32,000 nt of DNA, taken from positions 240,001 through 272,000 of the forward strand of contig CP025011.1 of assembly GCA_002952755.1 (NCBI GenBank). Direction: 5' to 3'. This document shows positions 1 through 7,729 of this stretch, piece by piece (position 1 is the first letter of the stretch; each line of letters opens with the position of its first letter). The translations under genes and the position numbers were made by a program. The DNA comes from Candidatus Saccharimonadota bacterium (GTDB lineage: Bacteria; Patescibacteriota; Saccharimonadia; Saccharimonadales; UBA4665). Below the pieces are notes generated by a model. It had not been told where the DNA came from. It saw nothing but the letters and a program-made list of their open reading frames with translations, and searched no databases.

Positions 1-1
1 C

Positions 2-1459
2 ACCCTGTTCGGCGCCAGTGCTTTTGTTATTGTTACTTTGGTTCTAAATGGGCAGGTTGCTTCAGTCTCAGAGCGGGTAGTTTCGGCCTCTTTGGCTGTT
101 GCGTTGGCGATAATCTTCCGTCCGGTAAAGCGCTTCTTTGATCGCATCACGAATAAACTTTTTTATAGGGATGCATATGACACTCAGGTACTTATAGACA
201 GCCTTAATCACATTTTGGTGGCGACAATCGAACTTGATACTCTTTTGTACGACACCTCAAAACTTCTCCAGGACACGCTTAAAGCTCAATATTGTATCTT
301 TGCGCTATTCCCATTAACTAAGCAGCGCAAACAGGTTATTGGCACGTCCAAACAATTCGAGGATAGTGAGCTACTAAGAATCGCCCGGCTTGTGCCACGA
401 GTGGCTCAAACCAAGGTTATTCTTACGGATAGTCTGGATACTATTCAAGACAAGCGGCTCTATATGCTGTTACAGTCGAACGATATTGCTATGCTTGGCA
501 GTATTGGCACTAATATTAAGCAGGCCCACGAGATTTTAGGATATGTATTCCTCGGTCCTAAGAAAAGCGGTAATCCATACAGTAGTCAGGATCAAAAAGT
601 TTTGGACGTTGTTGTAAATGAGCTGGTCATTGCTATTCAGAACGCTTTGCGCTTTCAGGAAATTGAGCGGTTTAACCTCACTCTCCAACAAAAGATCGAC
701 GACGCTACCCGTAAGCTGCGCCACACCAATGACCGTTTAAGGGTCCTTGATCAAACTAAAGACGACTTCATTAGCATGGCTAGCCATCAGCTGCGCACCC
801 CACTCACATCGGTGAAGGGCTATGTAAGTATGGTGCTCGATGGGGATGCCGGCAAAATTACCAGCCTCCAGCGTAAGCTGCTCAACCAGTCGTTTATTAG
901 CTCGCAGCGGATGGTGTACTTGATTTCTGACCTCCTCAATGTTTCAAGATTGCGTACGGGTAAGTTTATTATTGAGGCGGTACCAACTAACCTCGCTCGG
1001 GTAGTCCAAGAGGAAATTGAGCAGCTGGTCGAGGCGGCGAAAAGCCGCGACCTGGAACTTACCTACCATAAGCCAGAGCATTTCCCGACATACATGCTGG
1101 ACGAGACCAAGCTACGCCAGGTAATCATGAACTTCATCGACAACGCCATGTACTACACTCCCAGTGGTGGGCATATTTCTATCACCATTGCCGATAAGCC
1201 TAAAACCATAGAATTTACCGTAACCGATGACGGTATTGGTGTGCCTACTCACGAGCAGCACCATCTCTTCACAAAATTTTACCGTGCGCCGAATGCCAAA
1301 CGGGCTCGGCCGGATGGTACCGGCTTAGGCTTATTTATGGCAAAAAAGGTGATTATCGCCCAAGGCGGCGCGATTATTTTCAAGAGCAGGGAAGATCACG
1401 GCAGCACCTTTGGCTTCACGTTTGCCAAAGACAAGCTGCAGCTGATAGAAACGAAATAA
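2..1459 (+). CDS. Sensor histidine kinase, 5'-partial (frame open to the window edge)
   Basis: The frame of ORF 38..1459 has no stop back to nt 2, and the extra residues are hydrophobic (TM-like). H-box MASHQLRTPLTSVKGY, N-box VIMNFIDNAMYYTP, G1 DDGIGV and G2 GTGLGLFMAK indicate HisKA + HATPase_c. Confidence 0.9.
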   Translation, partial: TLFGASAFVIVTLVLNGQVASVSERVVSASLAVALAIIFRPVKRFFDRITNKLFYRDAYDTQVLIDSLNHILVATIELDTLLYDTSKLLQDTLKAQYCIFALFPLTKQRKQVIGTSKQFEDSELLRIARLVPRVAQTKVILTDSLDTIQDKRLYMLLQSNDIAMLGSIGTNIKQAHEILGYVFLGPKKSGNPYSSQDQKVLDVVVNELVIAIQNALRFQEIERFNLTLQQKIDDATRKLRHTNDRLRVLDQTKDDFISMASHQLRTPLTSVKGYVSMVLDGDAGKITSLQRKLLNQSFISSQRMVYLISDLLNVSRLRTGKFIIEAVPTNLARVVQEEIEQLVEAAKSRDLELTYHKPEHFPTYMLDETKLRQVIMNFIDNAMYYTPSGGHISITIADKPKTIEFTVTDDGIGVPTHEQHHLFTKFYRAPNAKRARPDGTGLGLFMAKKVIIAQGGAIIFKSREDHGSTFGFTFAKDKLQLIETK

Positions 1460-1524
1460 GGGCTTCTTAAACTTGCAGGAAGTTTATTGCTTTTTAATAG
1501 TTTCTGTGCTAGGATATAACCATT

Positions 1525-2007
1525 ATGCCAACAGAGTTACTGAATCGACCTGCGCCTGAAATCAACTTTGATAATCTCTTCGGTCCTGGATTCACGGCTG
1601 AGATGGACGCTCTTGACAGTCGTGTAACTGGCGAGGTGACTGCTACTGCAGTAGTGCACTCTTTGGGGGAAATTAGCCTGGAAGGCACCGTTTCCCAGGA
1701 AGAGATTGATAACTTTGCAGCGACAGACAGCCTCCTGTCCGATTCAGATCTTGCTTTCCTAGAGGAAGCCGGTATCGCCTCCGCATCGTTTAACGGAACT
1801 TTGGCCGAAGATGAACAGCAGCGCCTAGCTGATATCGACCAAACGATGTCCATGGCAGCTTTCGACTACCTGAATTCCGATGCCGGCCGCCAAGCGCAAG
1901 CAGCACAGCAAGCGGAGCGCCAGCGCCGTATCACTCTAGATCTCATTGAAAAAGACGAGAAGAAAAAGAAAAAACTCCAGCAGAGCGACGTTGACCTCGC
2001 AGCGTAA
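1525..2007 (+). CDS. Hypothetical acidic protein with a Lys-rich C-terminal tail
   Basis: 160-aa ORF with AGGA about 10 nt upstream of the ATG. It is D/E-rich and ends ...EKDEKKKKKLQQSDVDLAA. No motif recognised. Confidence 0.5.
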   Translation: MPTELLNRPAPEINFDNLFGPGFTAEMDALDSRVTGEVTATAVVHSLGEISLEGTVSQEEIDNFAATDSLLSDSDLAFLEEAGIASASFNGTLAEDEQQRLADIDQTMSMAAFDYLNSDAGRQAQAAQQAERQRRITLDLIEKDEKKKKKLQQSDVDLAA

Positions 2008-2179
2008 GTAATAGTATATGTATATATAAATTCATACGACCGTTGACCGGGCGTATTTCATTTATATCGAGATTTGGCTAGCTAGCTTGCTATTAAGATT
2101 TCTGTGGATAAGAGTGGCAATATTCGCAAGTGTGTGCTAAAGTTATATATAACGATCGTGACTGACCGCTCAAGTTCTC

Positions 2180-2217
2180 GAAAATCCTTTTGCAATACGC
2201 AAGAGGATTTTCTTTTT
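2180..2217 (+). terminator. Rho-independent terminator-like hairpin
   Basis: 14-bp stem gaaaatccttttgc / gcaagaggattttc (one U-G pair), 5-nt loop, followed by TTTTT. Confidence 0.6.
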
Positions 2218-2335
2218 ACCCCTGTTATGTTACAATAGCGCAGTTGATTACGCGATGATAAGCGAGCTATTCAGGGTTGTGGAGGCGTCGACTGAAGCGT
2301 AAAAAACAAAGACAGCGTATACTCTTATACGTTAT

Positions 2336-2410
2336 GGTCCCATCGTCTAATGGTTAGGACACCGGGTTTTCATCCCGGCAACCGGGGTTCGAATCCCCGT
2401 GGGATCACCA
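2336..2410 (+). tRNA. tRNA-Glu: tRNA-Glu (anticodon UUC), CCA encoded
   Basis: 75 nt fold by hand into a cloverleaf: acceptor GGTCCCA/TGGGATC, D-arm GTCT..GGAC, anticodon stem CCGGG/CCCGG with loop TTTTCAT (TTC at 34-36), T-arm CGGGG-TTCGAAT-CCCCG, discriminator A, CCA. Confidence 0.95.
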
Positions 2411-2442
2411 TTTCGTACCAATAATATTTTCCCGAAACCGCC

Positions 2443-2491
2443 GCACAAACACAAAACTCCGGATATCAGGAGTTTTGTGTTTGTGCCTTTT
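2443..2491. terminator. Bidirectional terminator hairpin between tRNA-Glu and the toxin gene
   Basis: Perfect 18-bp stem gcacaaacacaaaactcc / ggagttttgtgtttgtgc, 8-nt loop, T-run on the + strand. It sits between convergent tRNA (+) and the 2509..2817 gene (-). Confidence 0.8.
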
Positions 2492-2508
2492 GTCAAATCA
2501 AGGCAGCC

Positions 2509-2817
2509 CTAAAGAATCTTACCTAAATCTCTGCGTCCATATAGTAAGCGTCTCACTATCATTGTGTGCTCTATGACGACGTAGAAAATCAGGTAGCTAC
2601 CTACTAGAATTCGTCGATACTCGTGTTCCCTCCGACGCATCGAGGGGTATACTGCTGCTTGCAAAGGGTTCTCGAGGCGCTTTTTTATTGCTCTTTCTAT
2701 GTCGTAAATGAATGACTTTGCTGCGATCTCATTTTTGAGATCTAACAACATATAATTTGTGACCCTGTCTAAATCGTCGTAAAAAAGTGGTGAGTAGCGA
2801 AGCTCGAAGTTAGCCAT
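2509..2817 (-). CDS. Type II toxin, RelE/ParE family
   Basis: 102 aa with a typical RelE/ParE layout (N-terminal ...YSPLFYDDL..., C-terminal ...YRILVGSYLIFYVV...IVRRLLYGRRD). It overlaps the upstream antitoxin gene by 8 nt. Confidence 0.8.
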   Translation of the reverse strand: MANFELRYSPLFYDDLDRVTNYMLLDLKNEIAAKSFIYDIERAIKKRLENPLQAAVYPSMRRREHEYRRILVGSYLIFYVVIEHTMIVRRLLYGRRDLGKIL

Positions 2818-3076
2818 TAACTTTCTTTCTGATTTTTGAGAAGACCTCCTTGTGTGTCAATGCCTCTGGGTGACGCTCTGTAAAAGCATCGGCTTCGTCC
2901 AAGGAGCGTTCAATATAATCGAGATGTGCCATTTTGCTAAATTTATCAAAGCTTAAAGTAACCATAGAGGCTTTGCCGTTGGTGGTAAATATAATGGGCT
3001 TATCGTTGTCGTGTATTTCTTTTTCGACTTCTGAGAAGCGATTCCTCAGATCTGATATGGGTCTAACGTCTAGCAT
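2810..3076 (-). CDS. Type II antitoxin, Phd/YefM family
   Basis: MLDVRPISDLRNRFSEVEKEIHDNDKPIIFTTNGKASMVTLSFDKF matches the Phd/YefM N-terminal pattern. I prefer the ATG at 3076 (AAAGGA upstream). The ORF-track start at 3103 lies inside the operator palindrome. Confidence 0.8.
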   Translation of the reverse strand: MLDVRPISDLRNRFSEVEKEIHDNDKPIIFTTNGKASMVTLSFDKFSKMAHLDYIERSLDEADAFTERHPEALTHKEVFSKIRKKVNG

Positions 3077-3095
3077 AGTAGCGTATCCTTTCGTA

Positions 3096-3115
3096 GTTAT
3101 CATAATTATGATAAC
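3096..3115. promoter_or_regulatory. Perfect 20-bp palindrome, likely TA operator overlapping the promoter
   Basis: gttatcataattatgataac equals its own reverse complement and contains CATAAT -10-like hexamers on both strands. It lies immediately upstream of the antitoxin start. Confidence 0.6.
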
Positions 3116-3219
3116 ACGTTTAAGGATCTACTCCAACATAGTCAGTTCGATGACGGGCTTGACCGTAGAGTGGCCGGAGCTGTCAAGTGACTTAAACTCT
3201 TGTAGTCAGCTCCCAAGAA

Positions 3220-3285
3220 CTTTCAACTGACAATGAATATATTCCAACTCACCGAAGAGGGTTTCGACCTGACTCGTCGTTAGCC
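3220..3285 (+). repeat. Intergenic repeat family, copy 1
   Basis: ctttcaactgacaatgAATATATTCCAACTCACCGAAGAGGGTTTCGACCTGActcgtcgttagcc. The core is near-identical to the copies at 4548..4625 and 9168..9245. Confidence 0.75.
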
Positions 3286-3407
3286 TTACCATTGTATGAT
3301 ACACAACAACAAGACGCAACCACGCGTCTCTCGTTTGCTTTAGCGGCAGCCCGATTACCGCAAAATAGGAAAACATAGTAGATACACTGGGAAAATATGA
3401 AGTTTTA

Positions 3408-3416
3408 TGCTATAAT
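3408..3416 (+). promoter_or_regulatory. Extended -10 promoter element (TGcTATAAT) upstream of the glycosyltransferase
   Basis: tgctataat at 3408-3416, with SD AAAGGAG at 3494-3500 and ATG at 3505. The same TGcTATAAT string precedes marR. Confidence 0.4.
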
Positions 3417-3504
3417 TATAGACAGTTAGAAGATCCTCTTAAGAATACTCCTTTAGCAAATCTGCTTTCTTAAACCCTTTTGGCAGATAACTAAAGGAGT
3501 TTTT

Positions 3505-4500
3505 ATGATTTCATTCGTATGGCCCGCCGGCGAGCCTATGCTTGCTGGCACAGGAGGTTCAGAGACGTACACTGCAGGCCAAGTACGTGAACTTTTACGC
3601 CGTGGCATCGCTGCCCAGGTTGTCTCGGTGGGCCATGGTCTAAAGGATGGCCGCAAAGACTTCAGCGATATTCCCTTTTTGTCTCTGACTGATGAAAGAC
3701 AAATTAGCGATCTGCCCGGAACGGTCGTGTTCGTCAATCGCCCCTACGTTGTGCCGACACGTCACAAAGCGGCCATTATCCTGCACTGCGTAACCCCAAA
3801 TAATGGCGGACGCAAAGTGAAGCGGGAGGATATTATTAGCAACACTCTCATTGCCACAAGTATTTACAGCGGGCAGCAATGGGCCCTATCTCTCGATGTG
3901 CCATACAGCCGAATGCACATCGTATTACCATTTGCAGACCCCATTTTCAGTAACATCAAACGAGCAAAACCGGCAAAGAAAATCCGTATATTGTACGCCG
4001 GACGCTTCCATCCAGAAAAAGGGATCTACACAATTCTAGAGATGATGCACGAAAAGGAAATGCGACACAATGGCTATAGTGTCAGCCTTGTGGCTGCAGG
4101 CCAACATGTTGAGACTGGGCGTACTATTGCAAAAATGCTGCACGACTACCGATACGCTAAACTTATTCCTGCGCAGAAAACAGTGGCTGCAATGGCGCAA
4201 CTACTCGCCCAAACGGATGTGCTACTCGTGCCGTCTGTATTTGCCGAGCCATTCGGAATGCTCTCTGTAGAGGCTCAACATGCTGGTTGTCGAGTTGTTG
4301 CTAGCAATATTGGTGGTTTGCCGGAAACAAACTGCGGGCTGCTCACGTTGGTCGAACCCCGCAACCCCCGTGCACTCATGACCGGGATCGCCGAAGCCGT
4401 TGCCCTTGGCCAAGCCACCAAAAAAGAGCGTGAGCTTGCGGGTGGTGAGTTTGGCCTGGGTGCATCGGTTGACGGACTACTGAAGACGCTCCGCGTATAA
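3505..4500 (+). CDS. Glycosyltransferase, GT4 (GT-B fold) family
   Basis: GRFHPEKGIYTILEMM and the EX7E motif EPFGMLSVEAQHAGCRVVASNIGGLPE. Strong SD AAAGGAG. Confidence 0.85.
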   Translation: MISFVWPAGEPMLAGTGGSETYTAGQVRELLRRGIAAQVVSVGHGLKDGRKDFSDIPFLSLTDERQISDLPGTVVFVNRPYVVPTRHKAAIILHCVTPNNGGRKVKREDIISNTLIATSIYSGQQWALSLDVPYSRMHIVLPFADPIFSNIKRAKPAKKIRILYAGRFHPEKGIYTILEMMHEKEMRHNGYSVSLVAAGQHVETGRTIAKMLHDYRYAKLIPAQKTVAAMAQLLAQTDVLLVPSVFAEPFGMLSVEAQHAGCRVVASNIGGLPETNCGLLTLVEPRNPRALMTGIAEAVALGQATKKERELAGGEFGLGASVDGLLKTLRV

Positions 4501-4547
4501 CCCCATGCTGAAGGACTGGCATCCATCTTTCTCAGGCGATATCCAAC

Positions 4548-4625
4548 TCTAGCGCTTTCAGTCGGGGCTCAATATATTCCAACTCACCCAAGAGGGTTTC
4601 GATCTGAGTAGTCATTAGGCTCACC
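4548..4625 (+). repeat. Intergenic repeat family, copy 2 (carries an intact 27-codon minus-strand mini-ORF, 4532..4615)
   Basis: tctagcgctttcagtcggggctcAATATATTCCAACTCACCCAAGAGGGTTTCGATCTGAgtagtcattaggctcacc. The minus strand reads ATG-MTTQIETLLGELEYIEPRLKALELDIA-stop. Confidence 0.75.
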
Positions 4626-4710
4626 AGTAGAAAATTACACCTTAGAGATAGCACCTAGATTTCATTCTGAGAGATCGGGCGTTTTTCTTATCTGCTAAAT
4701 ACTTCGAATT

Positions 4711-5289
4711 TTATTTCACCTTGCTGTACCATTTTGCAAATACGTCAAATAAGGCTGGCTGCCAAACATTAGCTTCGAAATGATGCAATTCCCCCTTGGT
4801 CATTTGCCCAAAGGTTTTGTCGTAGCCATCGGGTAATTGGATAAGGCCGAAGTCATTGCCTTGCAGGCCAGAGGGAATACTCTCAACAATCTGACCACAA
4901 ATGTATCCAACAAAGCGTTTTTCAACCTTGTCATCTCGATATACTAAGACATTGGGCCATTCGTATGAACGCTCATCCACGCTTTCCATAAGCTTGAGGA
5001 CCCCCGCTGCGCCAATATACTTTTCGGTGAACTTCACAAATGTCTTAGGGAAACCGCCCAGCGCCTTAATGTGAAAAGCACCGTCAATAATAATGACCGG
5101 CTTCTGGAGTTGTTCATAGGCAAATGCTGCCTTGCCCCTTGCTACTTCTAGTATATCTTCGCTGCGAGATTCAGGGAGCTCTATCTTGGCTTGCTCCAGG
5201 GAAATGTCGTGCCTTTCCAGGAACTCTTTACCTTGTTGGTATTTCCAGGCGCTAGTTGTTGCAAAATAAAGCGGGTGTGCGTTTGTCAT
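4711..5289 (-). CDS. Non-canonical purine NTP pyrophosphatase (Ham1/ITPase/RdgB-like)
   Basis: 192 aa. FATTSAWKYQQ..., ELPESRSEDILEVARGKA and VIIIDGAFHIKALGGFPKTFVKF parallel the ITPase motifs (T-x-N-x-x-K; E...A..KA; DDSGL..aL.G.PG). Confidence 0.7.
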   Translation of the reverse strand: MTNAHPLYFATTSAWKYQQGKEFLERHDISLEQAKIELPESRSEDILEVARGKAAFAYEQLQKPVIIIDGAFHIKALGGFPKTFVKFTEKYIGAAGVLKLMESVDERSYEWPNVLVYRDDKVEKRFVGYICGQIVESIPSGLQGNDFGLIQLPDGYDKTFGQMTKGELHHFEANVWQPALFDVFAKWYSKVK

Positions 5290-5609
5290 AGGTATATCTT
5301 AAGCTGATCTGCCTCGAGAACCGCAATTATAGCCGGGCCGTCTGCATATACTAAATCGGTCCTTTGTGTAACTACGGCTAGTCCTAGGCCACCCCCCCTG
5401 GTGGCGTGCCGCTTGCCGGGTACAAACGGAGGGGCTTTAATATCAAAACCTGGCCCCTCGTCCTGTACAGCCAGATCAGTCAAGTCGCTACTGGGCAGTA
5501 AGCCATTCTCCGCATCTTGCTCATAATAGCTTACGAACAATTGTAGATATATCTTTAGAGCCAGGCTTGCGACAACTAGGATTGCCTGATTGACCTTTCT
5601 TCCCAGATC
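5286..5609 (-). pseudogene. Truncated HATPase_c (RsbW/SpoIIAB-like anti-sigma kinase) remnant
   Basis: G1 box QDEGPGFD and G2 box RGGGLGLAVV are present. The frame is open up to a TGA at 5610-5612 with only a TTG (5540) as a start. An ATG at 5637 lies in a different frame. The 3' end overlaps the ITPase start by 4 nt (ATGA). Confidence 0.5.
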
Positions 5610-5688
5610 TCAGGTCTGGGTAGTTTTTGTTATTCATCCCTCTTTATATTTTAACAAATACTCACTCGCCGTAGGTGTTATATAAGAG

Positions 5689-7431
5689 GTGAGTTATAGT
5701 TATTGTATGATTGATCAAAAAAATAAAACGTATGATTATCCAAGACTGCGACAGTATATAGGCCAGTCCGTAGCCGATACTCTTAATGTAGACGTTTCAG
5801 AGGTGACAATTGAAGAAGCTGACAAGACGAAAATATCTGCCGACTTAGCTGTACCTTGCTTTCGCTTTGCACGACAACTTAAGACTAGCCCCCAAGAGAT
5901 TGCGAGCAGTTTAGTTGAAAAACTAAGTATTCCCGAAGCAGCAGGTATCGAAGCCGTGTCTGGGTACCTTAATATCAAGTTGAAAGCGAGTTATCTGGCA
6001 AAAACTTTGCTTCAGGACTCACAGTTACATAAAACCTACGGCTTCATTAGTAAGGCAGAGCCAGAAACGGTCATTGTTGATTTTATAGGACTGAATCTAG
6101 CGAAGCCCTTTAGCGTGGGTCACTTGCGACCTACTGTACAAGGCTGGGCTTTGGTTAATTTATATAGAGCATTGGGCTATAACGTTGTTGGGGACAATCA
6201 CTTGGGTGATTGGGGTACACCGTTTGGAATGTGGGCGGCAGCTTTTACGCTATGGGGTGACGAAGCTAAATTGGCAGAAGACGGTGTCTACGAGCTTGGG
6301 CGGCTGTACGTGTTATTCCGAAAAGAGAGTAAAGACAAGCCAGAACTACTCGACGAAGCAAAGGTTTGGCTCAAGAAGTTAGAAGCTAAAGACCCAGAAG
6401 CTATAGTATTACAAGAACGCTTCTCAGCAATCTCGATTGCTCACATGCACGAGGTGCTACGGCGACTTGATATTACCCCTGACGAAAATATCGGAGAGTC
6501 ATTTTACATACCAAAAGTCGAAGCATACCTAGACGACCTGATTGCAAGAGAGCTAGCGATTGAACAAGACGACGGCACAATAATCGTTAAGCTAGAAGAA
6601 TATGGTATTGACACCCCTATTTTGTTACGAAAAAGTGACGGCTCCTACCTATACGCGAGTACGGACATATTGACGATTGACTATCGTACAGAGCGGTGGA
6701 AGCCCGAGAAAATAATCTATTCAGTTGGTCAAGAACAACAATTTCACTTCAAGCAAGTTTTTGCCCTAGCTAATAAGCTAGGTTATAAGGTTGAGCTTGA
6801 ACATGCATGGTTTGGTTTGATTGAAGAGATAGACGAAGACGGTAACCGCCGAAAGATGAGTTCTAGAAGTGGCATATCTTATTTAGAGCAATTACTTGAT
6901 CTGGCAGAGAGCAAGGCTCGTGCAATGCTGCCAGATGACAGCGGAGTGTCTGATAACGATATACGTTTGATAGCCAACGCAGCAATCAAGTTTTCCGACT
7001 TCTCACAGTCTCGTAAGCTCAACATTTTGTTTGATTGGGATACAATGTTTAGCCTGACTGGTTACTCTGGACCGTATTTACAATATGCAGCAGTTCGAGC
7101 AAGGGCTATTTTGCAAAAGGCAGAACAAGTGAGCGATTCAAAAAACGTAGCTATGGAGGGCTACGACTGGGAAGCAGAACGAGAACTACTTTGGCTGGCT
7201 TATAGATACCCCAGAGAACTAGAATCTGCTGCTGTTCAGAATGAACCATTTGTAATCGCTGCGTACTGTTTTGAATTAGCTAAAGCACTGAACAGATACT
7301 ACGAAAACCATCAAGTCCTTTCAGCCGAACATGGTGTGCGAGAAAGGCGTCTTTGGGCAGTCGGGTTAATCGAAAACATACTCACTTCTGCTCTAGGTAT
7401 ACTTGGTATATACGTGCCAGCGCGAATGTAG
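5689..7431 (+). CDS. argS: Arginine--tRNA ligase
   Basis: 580 aa. HIGH-type motif PFSVGHLRPTVQG, KMSKS-type motif KMSSRSG, and a C-terminal DALR-like anticodon-binding region. Alternative start ATG at 5707. Confidence 0.93.
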   Translation: MSYSYCMIDQKNKTYDYPRLRQYIGQSVADTLNVDVSEVTIEEADKTKISADLAVPCFRFARQLKTSPQEIASSLVEKLSIPEAAGIEAVSGYLNIKLKASYLAKTLLQDSQLHKTYGFISKAEPETVIVDFIGLNLAKPFSVGHLRPTVQGWALVNLYRALGYNVVGDNHLGDWGTPFGMWAAAFTLWGDEAKLAEDGVYELGRLYVLFRKESKDKPELLDEAKVWLKKLEAKDPEAIVLQERFSAISIAHMHEVLRRLDITPDENIGESFYIPKVEAYLDDLIARELAIEQDDGTIIVKLEEYGIDTPILLRKSDGSYLYASTDILTIDYRTERWKPEKIIYSVGQEQQFHFKQVFALANKLGYKVELEHAWFGLIEEIDEDGNRRKMSSRSGISYLEQLLDLAESKARAMLPDDSGVSDNDIRLIANAAIKFSDFSQSRKLNILFDWDTMFSLTGYSGPYLQYAAVRARAILQKAEQVSDSKNVAMEGYDWEAERELLWLAYRYPRELESAAVQNEPFVIAAYCFELAKALNRYYENHQVLSAEHGVRERRLWAVGLIENILTSALGILGIYVPARM

Positions 7432-7469
7432 ACAAATGTATATATACCTGATGTTGTATAATATAGTTA

Positions 7470-7670
7470 TAGGGTCCTAACAATCTCTTCACTTTAATAA
7501 TAAGGAACAATAGGTACGACGAAAAACAAGCTAGAGTAAGGTACGGTTCTACTCATAGCTGGGGTGTGATCAACATCTGTTGTTTACCTAGTAACTTACT
7601 CCATCCGGTAATCTCCTCTCAGAGTAGGTTCCATTTCGACTCTATTTAGGGTTACCCTTTTCAGCAATAG
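7470..7670 (+). ncRNA. Candidate small non-coding RNA (unclassified)
   Basis: TTGTATAAT -10-like element at about 7453-7461, no ATG on the + strand from 7470 to 7683, an internal 11-bp helix gagtaaggtac / gtaacttactc (one mismatch), and a terminator hairpin at 7671-7704. No match to RNase P, tmRNA, SRP or 6S signatures that I can recognise. Confidence 0.25.
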
Positions 7671-7704
7671 ATAAAAAATACACCATGCAAGGCGTATTTT
7701 TATT
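7671..7704. terminator. Bidirectional terminator-like hairpin (argS side / qor side)
   Basis: aaaaaatacacc-atgcaa-ggcgtatttttt: the stem has one A-C mismatch, with an A-run before and a T-run after. It lies just downstream of the minus-strand gene ending at 7730. Confidence 0.5.
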
Positions 7705-7729
7705 GAATGGACTGCTGTTTTGAGCGGGA

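Noticed and set aside
2103-2111. Perfect DnaA box TGTGGATAA in an AT-rich intergenic region upstream of tRNA-Glu
   Set aside because: Only one box is present. There is no cluster of boxes, no dnaA/dnaN neighbour and no obvious DUE repeat structure, which is insufficient to call an origin. It could be a chance match or a lone DnaA regulatory site.
5541-5688. T-box leader upstream of argS
   Set aside because: The region is only about 150 nt and has no T-box consensus (AATTAGGGTGGTACCGCG-like) or specifier-loop architecture. The hairpin plus T-run at 5602-5630 coincides with the frameshift region of the minus-strand HATPase remnant.
7575-7600. ctgttgtttacc resembling the SRP (4.5S) RNA segment CUGUUUACC
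   Set aside because: The flanking sequence lacks the conserved helix-8 GGAA tetraloop and the AGCA/GNAR symmetric-loop motifs, so the resemblance is a short chance match.
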